Shown here in pieces: positions 1 through 6,288 of a DNA stretch of 6,288 nt. Under the pieces are notes generated by a model, which searched no databases, had not been told where the DNA came from, and saw nothing but the letters and a program-made list of their open reading frames with translations. The position numbers were made by a program, and so were the translations under genes. Position 1 is the stretch's first letter. The number at the start of each line of letters is the position of its first letter. The stretch is from a virus (lineage: Duplodnaviria; Heunggongvirae; Uroviricota; Caudoviricetes): positions 1-6,288 of IMG/VR virus record IMGVR_UViG_3300011530_000017; one strand, given 5' to 3'.

Positions 1-2112
1 TCAGTTGAGCTTAGCTGCAATCGACAGCTGCATTGGGCTATCTGAATTTTGAAGTCTTACTACAAATACCAATGATGAAGTTGTGCTTTCTGTAGCAACA
101 TAATTCACAGACGCCAGTCTTGGATATACTGAGCTTCCGTTATATGCATCAATGCTGAGGTATGGATTAACTTCTCCAGCTCCGGGCACATACGGCAGGC
201 TTAAACCAGATATCGTTATCTTCTGGTCGGAGGTACTAGACGCTGAGACTGTACCGGCCCCAGATTTCACTACCATCCGGTTACCACCAGAGCTACTCGT
301 CAACTCCAACGCAGCTCTCGACCCTGCATCTGTTGCGCCGTCGAAGCCGGACACCCAGGTACCCAGTCCACCCTCGTTGAATATGCGACCTCTTAACTGA
401 CCAGCCGTTCTCCAGAATCCGCGTGCTGAGTACCCGATACGTACATCAACAGTGTGGTTGAAACCGCCGTTCACAGCCAATGCCGTGCCGATATAACCGT
501 TGCTGTCTGTCCCGAAGCAGCCACGGATACTACCTGTTAAGTGGTTGTGATCGCCTTCGATTAAGACGCCAGACCCCGGGAGGTTATCTGCAACAGTCGG
601 GCTCCGTACGTGCTGGACGTTCACGGTATTGAACTGCCCGCCGAGGTAGATAGCCCAGCTAGCATAGTCTTTATTAGTTGTCTTCTCAGACTGCAAGCTA
701 TGGATGGTTCCGAAATCACTTATCTTGCCGCTATTCGTGCTGCTTTCAATAATAATAGCGGGAGGATATGTACTCATGGCATGCAACGGGACGGGAAGAT
801 GTTGACTATTCTGATGCGCGTCGAGCCTTGACCCCAAGACGTAGCTACTTTTCCTGAACCACGCACCGATCAAGCAGCTTTCAACAATCATTTGGCCGTA
901 CTGAACTCGGATAGTAAAAATATTCGCATCAGAGCCAAATACGGCACCGTAGCCGTTGTAGTTGCCATAGCTGTGGAAGAGTTCAAGGCTCACACCTCGC
1001 CAGGCTCTGAAGTTGGCGACTCGTTCATTCGGTGCCCAGAATGAACGCACGTCATCTGTAGACACATACCCATCCCCGGCTCCAACAATTTCGATGTCTT
1101 CGAGGTAGTAGTCCTGACTCTCGCAGTGCCAGCAATCGTTGCCACAGAACTGGATACGAATCTTCCGATGCGTGCCGATATGCCCCCACCCACGATCTGG
1201 GTCAGCGGCCTGGTACAGGCTACGGTTTCCACCCCAGTTCAGCGTTACAAGGCCGACGCTTGGAACATAGATAATCTTAATGTTCTCGAGGTGCATGTTC
1301 TCACCAGCAAGCAAAAGACCACAACCAACATCCTTCGCAGGAGTCCCTGAGAATTTTGATTTATTGCCGTGGATGGTCAGATTCTTAACTCCGGAACTGA
1401 AGCAGCCTGGCACGATCTGGCTGGCACTATCCGTCTTGTACGTGAGATAACCCTGCCCCATAATCACTGCATTACCAGTCCAGTTGTCCGGCGCTTTAAT
1501 CATTGTAGTTTCGAGCGTTACACCCTCAATAACGACTCGCGGTTTCAGCAGCAGATTAGCAGCACGGTACGTTTTAGCCCTGAGCTTAACAATGCCGCCA
1601 CCTTGTGCGTAGACGTAATCAATAGCCGTCTGTATTGCCGCTGTGTCATTGCTAACGCCGTCCCCCTTAGCATTGAACTGCTCAGCCGTGACATTTACAA
1701 GGGCATCCTTTAGAGTGCCATTTGGTGATACACCGACGAGTGAGCCATCTCCATTCTGAAGAACATATTTAAACTGGTCAGGCTCATACTTCAGTACATT
1801 TGGGAAATAAAATTCCTGCGATCCATATGCGTCAAACACAGCCATGCTGTGACCCTGCTCGGTCACAACCTTAACAATTTGCCCGCCATAAACTGGAAAC
1901 CCGGCAGCATTGATAATTAGCGGCTGCGGTATCTGAACAAGCGAGCCATCTTCATTTTCAATGTAAACCGGGATTTGGTTGGCCGGAATTGTTGGGTCTT
2001 TGTCTATCTTTCCGATGTAAATACGCCCGTTAGCGAGCGCTTTAAAAGAACGCGATGCAGTGAAAAGTTGGGACGGCATCCCGACTACGACATTAGCTGT
2101 GATATCTGACAT
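1..2112 (-). CDS. Tailspike protein (703 aa): P22-type head-binding N-terminal domain plus right-handed beta-helix receptor-binding/depolymerase module
   Basis: Start ATG at 2110..2112 (revcomp of cat), GGAG at 2120..2123 seven nt upstream, stop TGA at 1..3. The protein begins [40 protein letters not shown]...[13 protein letters not shown]...[28 protein letters not shown], closely resembling the P22 gp9 head-binding domain ([34 protein letters not shown]..., recalled from memory). From about residue 146 the motif [22 protein letters not shown] is the signature seen at the start of pectate-lyase-like beta-helix tailspikes. The ORF-track start at 2160 adds 16 residues ([16 protein letters not shown]) with no RBS and is rejected. 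Confidence 0.9.
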   Translation of the reverse strand: MSDITANVVVGMPSQLFTASRSFKALANGRIYIGKIDKDPTIPANQIPVYIENEDGSLVQIPQPLIINAAGFPVYGGQIVKVVTEQGHSMAVFDAYGSQEFYFPNVLKYEPDQFKYVLQNGDGSLVGVSPNGTLKDALVNVTAEQFNAKGDGVSNDTAAIQTAIDYVYAQGGGIVKLRAKTYRAANLLLKPRVVIEGVTLETTMIKAPDNWTGNAVIMGQGYLTYKTDSASQIVPGCFSSGVKNLTIHGNKSKFSGTPAKDVGCGLLLAGENMHLENIKIIYVPSVGLVTLNWGGNRSLYQAADPDRGWGHIGTHRKIRIQFCGNDCWHCESQDYYLEDIEIVGAGDGYVSTDDVRSFWAPNERVANFRAWRGVSLELFHSYGNYNGYGAVFGSDANIFTIRVQYGQMIVESCLIGAWFRKSSYVLGSRLDAHQNSQHLPVPLHAMSTYPPAIIIESSTNSGKISDFGTIHSLQSEKTTNKDYASWAIYLGGQFNTVNVQHVRSPTVADNLPGSGVLIEGDHNHLTGSIRGCFGTDSNGYIGTALAVNGGFNHTVDVRIGYSARGFWRTAGQLRGRIFNEGGLGTWVSGFDGATDAGSRAALELTSSSGGNRMVVKSGAGTVSASSTSDQKITISGLSLPYVPGAGEVNPYLSIDAYNGSSVYPRLASVNYVATESTTSSLVFVVRLQNSDSPMQLSIAAKLN

Positions 2113-2219
2113 TTCATTGCTCCAGACGAATGATATGATGCAACCATGATGTGATTGCATACCGAAATGGTACTATTGAGTATTTATCCAGTAGGTTACG
2201 ATGCCATTCCACCCAACTG
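2113..2219. promoter_or_regulatory. Divergent intergenic region between tailspike and mnt-like gene: tailspike RBS, short inverted and direct repeats, possible promoter/operator
   Basis: Tailspike GGAG at 2120..2123. Inverted repeat ATGCAA (2138..2143) / TTGCAT (2155..2160) with an 11-nt spacer. ATGATG occurs at 2135..2140 and 2146..2151, 11 bp apart. On the minus strand TGGATAAAT (plus 2182..2190) is a weak extended -10-like candidate. No confident promoter can be assigned, and the region is cut short by the N-run. Confidence 0.3.
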
Positions 2220-2229
2220 NNNNNNNNNN
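2220..2229. other. Run of 10 N: assembly or sequencing gap of unknown true length
   Basis: Ten consecutive n characters in the sequence, falling inside or just upstream of the 5' end of the mnt-like gene. Confidence 0.95.
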
Positions 2230-2445
2230 CTCCACGCGAAAATTAAGCAGCGTGCGAAGATGAATAACAGGTCGCTGAACTCAGAGATAATTGCAGCGAT
2301 TGAAGAATCATTGGCTAAACAAAGCTCTGCATCTGTTTACATTGACGATGCAGATCGTATGGCAGAACAACAATCTGAGATTGTTAAGAAAATTGTCTTT
2401 GATACGCTTAAGACCATGTATAGCAATAATAAAAAGGAAACATAG
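2230..2445 (+). CDS. mnt: Mnt-like ribbon-helix-helix repressor, 5' end obscured by the gap (resolvable part 71 aa plus stop)
   Basis: The translation after the gap, LHAKIKQRAKMNNRSLNSEIIAAIEESLAKQSSASVYIDDADRMAEQQSEIVKKIVFDTLKTMYSNNKKET, parallels P22 Mnt (...REKLKFRAEANGRSMNSELLQIVQDALSKPSPVTGYRNDAERLADEQSELVKKMVFDTLKDLYKKTT, recalled from memory). Stop TAG at 2443..2445. The expected N-terminal beta-strand of the RHH fold is missing, so the true start lies in or beyond the N-run. The track's start at 2155 ([21 protein letters not shown]) does not look like Mnt and depends on the gap being exactly 10 nt. Confidence 0.8.
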   Translation, partial: LHAKIKQRAKMNNRSLNSEIIAAIEESLAKQSSASVYIDDADRMAEQQSEIVKKIVFDTLKTMYSNNKKET

Positions 2446-2515
2446 AAATCTAGTTTCCGGCTAAAATGGCATTGCCTTCATGATATCCTGTGAAAAACTA
2501 AGGAGAGTTAACCAT

Positions 2516-3001
2516 ATGAAAAAATCACTGTTAATTATCCCGCTTCTGCTGGTTGGATGCGCAAAAGTAAGTGACTATCAAGCAAGTTGCGAACAACGCT
2601 ATCAAAAGCTTAGCGATATGGCTAATTGCCTTGATGCCAGTGTGAAGAACGACTCACGCATGGCATCAGCACCAACACCTAAGCTGTATGTCCTTGCTGC
2701 AAAGATGCTCGGGCAAGGTGTCGATGAAGGCAAGATAAGTGACGCACAGGCAAGACTTGAGCTTCAGAATCTTTATGTTCAATTACAAAGCCAAGAACAA
2801 GCCCAACAAATAGCACAAAGCCAAGCATTCCAGCAGGCTTTATTGAATTATCAGGCTGTAAACACAATGCAAGCGATCGAGCAAAAAGCGCGCCAGCCTG
2901 TTATAACTCAACCTTACCCAACACGCGTTGACACATATACAAACTGCAATTCAGGATTTGGAAACACGGTAACATGCAACAGTAGCAGTAACATCAGATA
3001 A
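2516..3001 (+). CDS. Lipoprotein of unknown function (161 aa precursor), candidate superinfection-exclusion or lysogenic-conversion moron
   Basis: ATG at 2516..2518 preceded by AGGAG at 2501..2505 (10-nt spacing), stop TAA at 2999..3001. N-terminus MKKSLLIIPLLLVGC has a basic n-region, a hydrophobic core and lipobox L-V-G-C with Cys15. Residue +2 after the Cys is Ala, not Asp, which by the Lol sorting rule predicts outer-membrane targeting. The mature ~146-aa protein has a Gln-rich helical stretch (QNLYVQLQSQEQAQQIAQSQAFQQALLNYQAVNTMQAIEQ) and four further Cys (SCEQ, ANCLD, TNCNS, VTCNS) that could form two disulfides. The track's start at 2480 adds 12 residues with no RBS and is rejected. 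I do not recognise this protein as Bor, Cor, Llp, a spanin or SieA. Confidence 0.8.
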   Translation: MKKSLLIIPLLLVGCAKVSDYQASCEQRYQKLSDMANCLDASVKNDSRMASAPTPKLYVLAAKMLGQGVDEGKISDAQARLELQNLYVQLQSQEQAQQIAQSQAFQQALLNYQAVNTMQAIEQKARQPVITQPYPTRVDTYTNCNSGFGNTVTCNSSSNIR

Positions 3002-3091
3002 CAATCAGCAAAGATATCGCCTATGCAGAGGGATACGATAAACCTCGCGTTCTACATATTTGGTTTTTGCACGTTCCTGGTGTTTGAAAGG

Positions 3092-5089
3092 CTATTCTGA
3101 CAACGAATCAGACTTCGCACCCTGCGTCAGTGCATTAATCGCTTTTTGCGCTTGCTGCATGGCTTTCTCAAACGCTGTCGATCCGCGTGGGGTGTTTGCC
3201 ATTCGGAGCATTGCATTTCTGAATGGCTCGCTCTCATAGGCGCGAGTAAGAAGTCCGTAGCTTACTGCTGCGCCAGTTGTCGCCGGGTTCATTGCCGTCC
3301 CATACCCAATAATGAACGGGATAGTTTGCTGCCCTGTGGGTGTTGTTACTGCCGCTTTTGCAGCCTGCTGCGTGGATTGCAGGTAGTTTTTTAATCCTTT
3401 CAGATAAGCAGCGTCCTGCCCCTTAAATGTGATGCCAGTCTGGTTTTGCAGGATATTAAGCTGCCGAAGGAACTGGTCAGGGGATCCGCCAGATTTCTCC
3501 ATCGCCTTTCCAATGATGCCATTGCGCATTTGCGCCCTGCCAACACGACCAACTGAGTTATACAGCGTCTTAATTTCCGATTTGTTCTTGCTGAATAGCA
3601 TGTTGTTGACAACTTCCGGCGTCAGGTCGCCTTTCATGAGAACATTCTTCAGCCTGGTATTCTTTAGTTTCGCTGCTTCGTCAGCGTAGACGGCATTGGC
3701 CTGCTGATATTTACGGAGAGTATCGTTGCCAAGATTCTGACCAATGGCACCATTGATATCGTCGGTCATTGCCTTGTAAACTCGCTGAATGGCAGCATCG
3801 GAACGGTTTGGTAACACTGGCCGCTCACCCTTCACGTCCATTCTGAACTGGCTGCGCAGATCGCTTAATTGCTTCAAATCCAGATTTACCGGACCATCAG
3901 GACCAGCATTGCGAACAAGCTCATCACGATAGGACTGAAGTTTTGAAATAGTCTCGTTATCGGCGACCTTACCAAGCTTCTGCAGGTTAGATATTTCTGT
4001 ATCAATCTGCTGAATTGCTCGCGCAGGCTGAATGTTTACTCCAGCCCTAGCATTCTGAACCTGCTCCAGTCGATTACCGGCGGCACGACGAATTCCTGAT
4101 GTTTTCGCTTTAAGGCTGTCAATAACAACCGCTGGATCATACTCACCGAATTTATCAGCAAATCTCTGCACCAACTGGCTTCTCGCTTCCTGTTGCGTTG
4201 CTCTCATTCCGCTTGTGCCAGCCAGAGGGATATTTTCTGCTGTAGTCTGCGCCATTTTTCCGACGCGGGAAGTTGGTTGTAACAGGTCTGTGGTGTACAG
4301 AGGAACTCCTTCACGCTCTGCAAATCTGATAGCCTGCTGCGCTTCTGGCGCGATAGCACCACGAACGCCACGATAAGCAGCACCTAATCCACGTCCGGCA
4401 GCGTTAATAGCACCGCCAGTAAGTACACCAACGCCTAAATCGGTGGCGAGTGCTTCCGCATCATCTTTCGCACTATTTGCAGCAAGTGATCCAACTGCGT
4501 TTTCTGCGAGAAGTCGTGTTGCCCCCTGAGCAATTCGACCAGCAAGTGTTGGTGCCTGTGCCGCCGCTCTCTCAACGCCAGCAGGAGTGAGGTAAGGCAA
4601 TGCTTCAGCAAATACCCTTCCCTCTGTCGTTTGTGGAGTCAGCGCGCCTTGCTGAAGGCCAAAGTCCTGCTCTAATCCCTGCGTTGTTACTCGTGGCGCT
4701 GGTTGATATGTACCATCGCCAATACCGAGTTTACCGCCAGCCCATGCTGCCGCGCTTGTTACAGCATCGGCAACTGATGCAGGTATGTTTGCCACGTTCA
4801 CGCCAGCCTGCACCAGTCCGCGACCAGTCTCTTTTACTGCTTCGCCAAGATCAGACATAAATCCACTTTGCTGTGGTTGTTGCTGTGCTACTGGTTGTTG
4901 TGTCTCCACTGGCTGCACAGATGGCAATGGATAGGCAGCATAGAAAGCTTGCTTAGCCTGCTCTGCATTTTCTCCGGCTTGCGGGGCCACGACTTCATTG
5001 AAGTATTGCTCCTGAGCCAGCGCTTTTTGTTCTGGTGCTAACGCCTGATACTGTGGAGAGGCGATAACATCTTTCCATGCTTTAGCCAT
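3092..5089 (-). CDS. Ejection (DNA transfer / E) protein, gp16-like by position (665 aa)
   Basis: ATG at 5087..5089 with GGGGTGA upstream on the minus strand, stop TAG at 3092..3094. This is the last long ORF of the late operon immediately before the immI-like/tailspike region, the slot of P22 gene 16. The sequence has Gln/Ala/Gly-rich low-complexity stretches and no recognisable enzymatic motif. The call rests on synteny and composition, not on a remembered alignment. Confidence 0.75.
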   Translation of the reverse strand: MAKAWKDVIASPQYQALAPEQKALAQEQYFNEVVAPQAGENAEQAKQAFYAAYPLPSVQPVETQQPVAQQQPQQSGFMSDLGEAVKETGRGLVQAGVNVANIPASVADAVTSAAAWAGGKLGIGDGTYQPAPRVTTQGLEQDFGLQQGALTPQTTEGRVFAEALPYLTPAGVERAAAQAPTLAGRIAQGATRLLAENAVGSLAANSAKDDAEALATDLGVGVLTGGAINAAGRGLGAAYRGVRGAIAPEAQQAIRFAEREGVPLYTTDLLQPTSRVGKMAQTTAENIPLAGTSGMRATQQEARSQLVQRFADKFGEYDPAVVIDSLKAKTSGIRRAAGNRLEQVQNARAGVNIQPARAIQQIDTEISNLQKLGKVADNETISKLQSYRDELVRNAGPDGPVNLDLKQLSDLRSQFRMDVKGERPVLPNRSDAAIQRVYKAMTDDINGAIGQNLGNDTLRKYQQANAVYADEAAKLKNTRLKNVLMKGDLTPEVVNNMLFSKNKSEIKTLYNSVGRVGRAQMRNGIIGKAMEKSGGSPDQFLRQLNILQNQTGITFKGQDAAYLKGLKNYLQSTQQAAKAAVTTPTGQQTIPFIIGYGTAMNPATTGAAVSYGLLTRAYESEPFRNAMLRMANTPRGSTAFEKAMQQAQKAINALTQGAKSDSLSE

Positions 5090-6288
5090 TAATCACCCCA
5101 TAGTGAAGAAAAGTTACTGCTGGCTGCTGGCTGTGATACCTGTGCAGGTTGAGATTGCTGCCGCTGAGATTTACCAACATTAACGTTATATTGTTGGTTG
5201 TAATTGTTGGTGTATTCCTGAATCTCACGAATCGACTGCTGCATAGCCTCTGGGCTTGAATAGTCAACCTGCGGCATCCCCTGAAAATACATCTTCGCTT
5301 CTGCAACGGTGTTAATACCACTGGCACCCATGTCCCTTGCTGCCGCCACACCCTGATTCTGCATTCTGCCCTGAATACGTTGTGCTGAGTTATATAACTG
5401 GCGCTGCTCTTTTCCTGTTAATCGGCTGCGAACATCAGCACCAATTGCTGGATTACCTGCACCGCCTGTCATTCCTGTCATGAAATCGAGAGCAGAAGCG
5501 TCTGCATTTGCGATCGCGTCGATATCCTTCTTCATGGCATAGTTTTGTGCTGATGCAGACGATGTTGCAGGCGCTGCGATTGAACTGGCAGGAACGCGAA
5601 CCATATTCCCCTCGTTGTCGATGCCTTCGTAGAACGCATTAGCCCCAGCGCCGTGAAGCTTACCGCCTACCGTTACAGTTCTGCCATCTGATAACTGAAC
5701 TGTACGCTCATCATTCACAGCGATTCCTCTTGTTGACGCTCGCTGCATTGCCAAATCCTGACCTCGCCGCGCAGTAAAAGCAGATAAGTCCTGACCGCGC
5801 ATCGTGATGTTCTGACCTAGTGCTGTTAGCGCCTCGCCAGCCTGATTGCTGCGGATTGTCTCTGCAAGTTTTCCGCGGTCAATCTCACGACCAACGATTC
5901 TGTCTTGTGCCTGAAAATATTGTTCTGGACCAAGCGCATGCATTCCGATGAGATCGGCATACTGGCTGAACTGCTGAGGATTCTGCTGATACGCCTGCAC
6001 CACAGCTTCTGGCGTCAAGCCTAACTGCTGTAATGCTCCGGCATGTTTCTGAGCGGCAACCTGCACCGCCTGCGGGCCCGTTATGGCTGCCAGCTGAAGA
6101 TCACTGGCGGCATTACCAATCTGCTTATTTTTTTCAGCATCAATGAAGCCCAATCCCTGCTGAATAGCCTGAATCTGGTCAGGGTTGCTGGCCGCCAGTT
6201 GCTTTAATGCTTCCCGGTCACCAGATGCATAGGCCTGGCCGAAAGCCTGCTGAAATTGCTGTTGCTTGTCGTTATTCTGGATTTGCGA
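5089..6288 (-). CDS. Ejection protein, gp20-like by position (partial: 5' end lies beyond the right edge of the window)
   Basis: Stop TAA at 5089..5091 overlaps the downstream ATG as TAATG. The reading frame stays open from 6288 down to the stop (hand translation of 6154..6288 shows no stop: ...[55 protein letters not shown]...). The track's start at 6153 is a TTG inside this open frame and is rejected as the true start. Gln-rich C-terminus ([17 protein letters not shown]). Confidence 0.75.
   Translation of the reverse strand, partial: SQIQNNDKQQQFQQAFGQAYASGDREALKQLAASNPDQIQAIQQGLGFIDAEKNKQIGNAASDLQLAAITGPQAVQVAAQKHAGALQQLGLTPEAVVQAYQQNPQQFSQYADLIGMHALGPEQYFQAQDRIVGREIDRGKLAETIRSNQAGEALTALGQNITMRGQDLSAFTARRGQDLAMQRASTRGIAVNDERTVQLSDGRTVTVGGKLHGAGANAFYEGIDNEGNMVRVPASSIAAPATSSASAQNYAMKKDIDAIANADASALDFMTGMTGGAGNPAIGADVRSRLTGKEQRQLYNSAQRIQGRMQNQGVAAARDMGASGINTVAEAKMYFQGMPQVDYSSPEAMQQSIREIQEYTNNYNQQYNVNVGKSQRQQSQPAQVSQPAASSNFSSLWGD

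Larger units (their letters stand above)
1..6288. mobile_element. Segment of a P22-like temperate phage/prophage: ejection-protein genes, immI-like remnant and tailspike
   Basis: Gene order gp20-like, gp16-like, opposite-strand mnt-like cassette, then tailspike matches the P22 late-region layout (20-16-sieA-mnt-arc-ant-9). The tailspike N-terminus and the Mnt C-terminus are recognisably P22-family by eye. Both window edges lie inside phage sequence, so element boundaries are not visible. Confidence 0.85.

Noticed and set aside
152-1713. Plus-strand ORFs inside the tailspike gene (152..400, 610..831, 1126..1350, 1369..1713) and minus-strand ORF 990..1232
   Set aside because: All lie within the much longer, homology-supported tailspike frame, antisense or out of frame. 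They have no RBS and no recognisable protein features, so they are taken as chance ORFs in GC-rich coding sequence.
2113-2160. Tailspike N-terminal extension from the track start at 2160 ([16 protein letters not shown])
   Set aside because: The conserved tailspike N-terminus begins at MSDITANV, and the ATG at 2110..2112 has a GGAG RBS at the right spacing. The extension has no RBS and no counterpart in P22-family tailspikes.
2155-2229. Track start at 2155 as the N-terminus of the mnt-like gene
   Set aside because: The translation upstream of the gap does not look like the Mnt/Arc beta-strand region. The frame across the N-run is arbitrary because the true gap length is unknown.
2480-2515. 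Lipoprotein N-terminal extension from the track start at 2480 (MISCEKLRRVNH)
   Set aside because: The ATG at 2516 has a near-consensus AGGAG RBS and yields a canonical signal peptide. Starting at 2480 would bury the signal peptide behind 12 extra residues.
2679-2867. Minus-strand 62-aa ORF inside the lipoprotein gene
   Set aside because: Antisense to a well-supported CDS, with no RBS and no features.
2230-3001. Toxin-antitoxin pair (RHH antitoxin followed by toxin)
   Set aside because: The RHH protein is specifically Mnt-like, including its C-terminal oligomerisation region. The downstream protein has a secretory lipoprotein signal, which does not fit a cytoplasmic toxin.
3002-3091. Bidirectional intrinsic terminator between the convergent lipoprotein and gp16-like genes
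   Set aside because: Only 5-bp stems with long loops were found by eye (TATCG/CGATA around 3014..3039, AAACC/GGTTT around 3040..3066). That is too weak to call a terminator without folding software.
3146-4860. Small ORFs inside the gp16-like gene (3146..3394 +, 3400..3612 -, 3429..3689 +, 4600..4860 +)
   Set aside because: Embedded in or antisense to the long ejection-protein frame. They are Cys/Arg-rich or low-complexity translations typical of out-of-frame reading.
5082-5351. Minus-strand 89-aa ORF overlapping the gp20-like 3' end
   Set aside because: An alternative frame of the same strand inside the gp20-like CDS, with no independent support.
6151-6153. TTG at 6151..6153 as the start of the gp20-like gene
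   Set aside because: The frame is open without stops up to the window edge at 6288, and the expected size of this gene class is larger. The TTG is an internal Leu codon.
1-6288. tRNA, rRNA, CRISPR array or insertion sequence
   Set aside because: No direct-repeat/spacer periodicity, no terminal inverted repeats flanking a transposase-like ORF, and no tRNA-like structure was noticed. The window is fully accounted for by phage genes and short intergenic regions.

Overview
This window is the right-hand end of the late (virion) region of a P22-like temperate phage or prophage from an enterobacterial host. The late genes are on the minus strand: the 3' portion of a gp20-like ejection protein gene (runs off the right edge), a gp16-like ejection protein gene joined to it by a TAATG stop/start overlap, and a complete tailspike gene. 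The tailspike has a P22/Sf6/HK620-type head-binding N-terminus fused to a different beta-helix receptor-binding module. Between gp16 and the tailspike, on the plus strand, is a low-GC two-gene cassette: an Mnt-like ribbon-helix-helix repressor gene whose 5' end is interrupted by a 10-N gap, followed by an unrecognised 161-aa lipoprotein gene sitting where P22 carries sieA/hkcC. No arc or ant gene is visible. The lipoprotein is the best candidate for an undescribed prophage function, most plausibly superinfection exclusion or lysogenic conversion. All homology statements come from reading the translations against remembered P22-family sequences; no database search was run.
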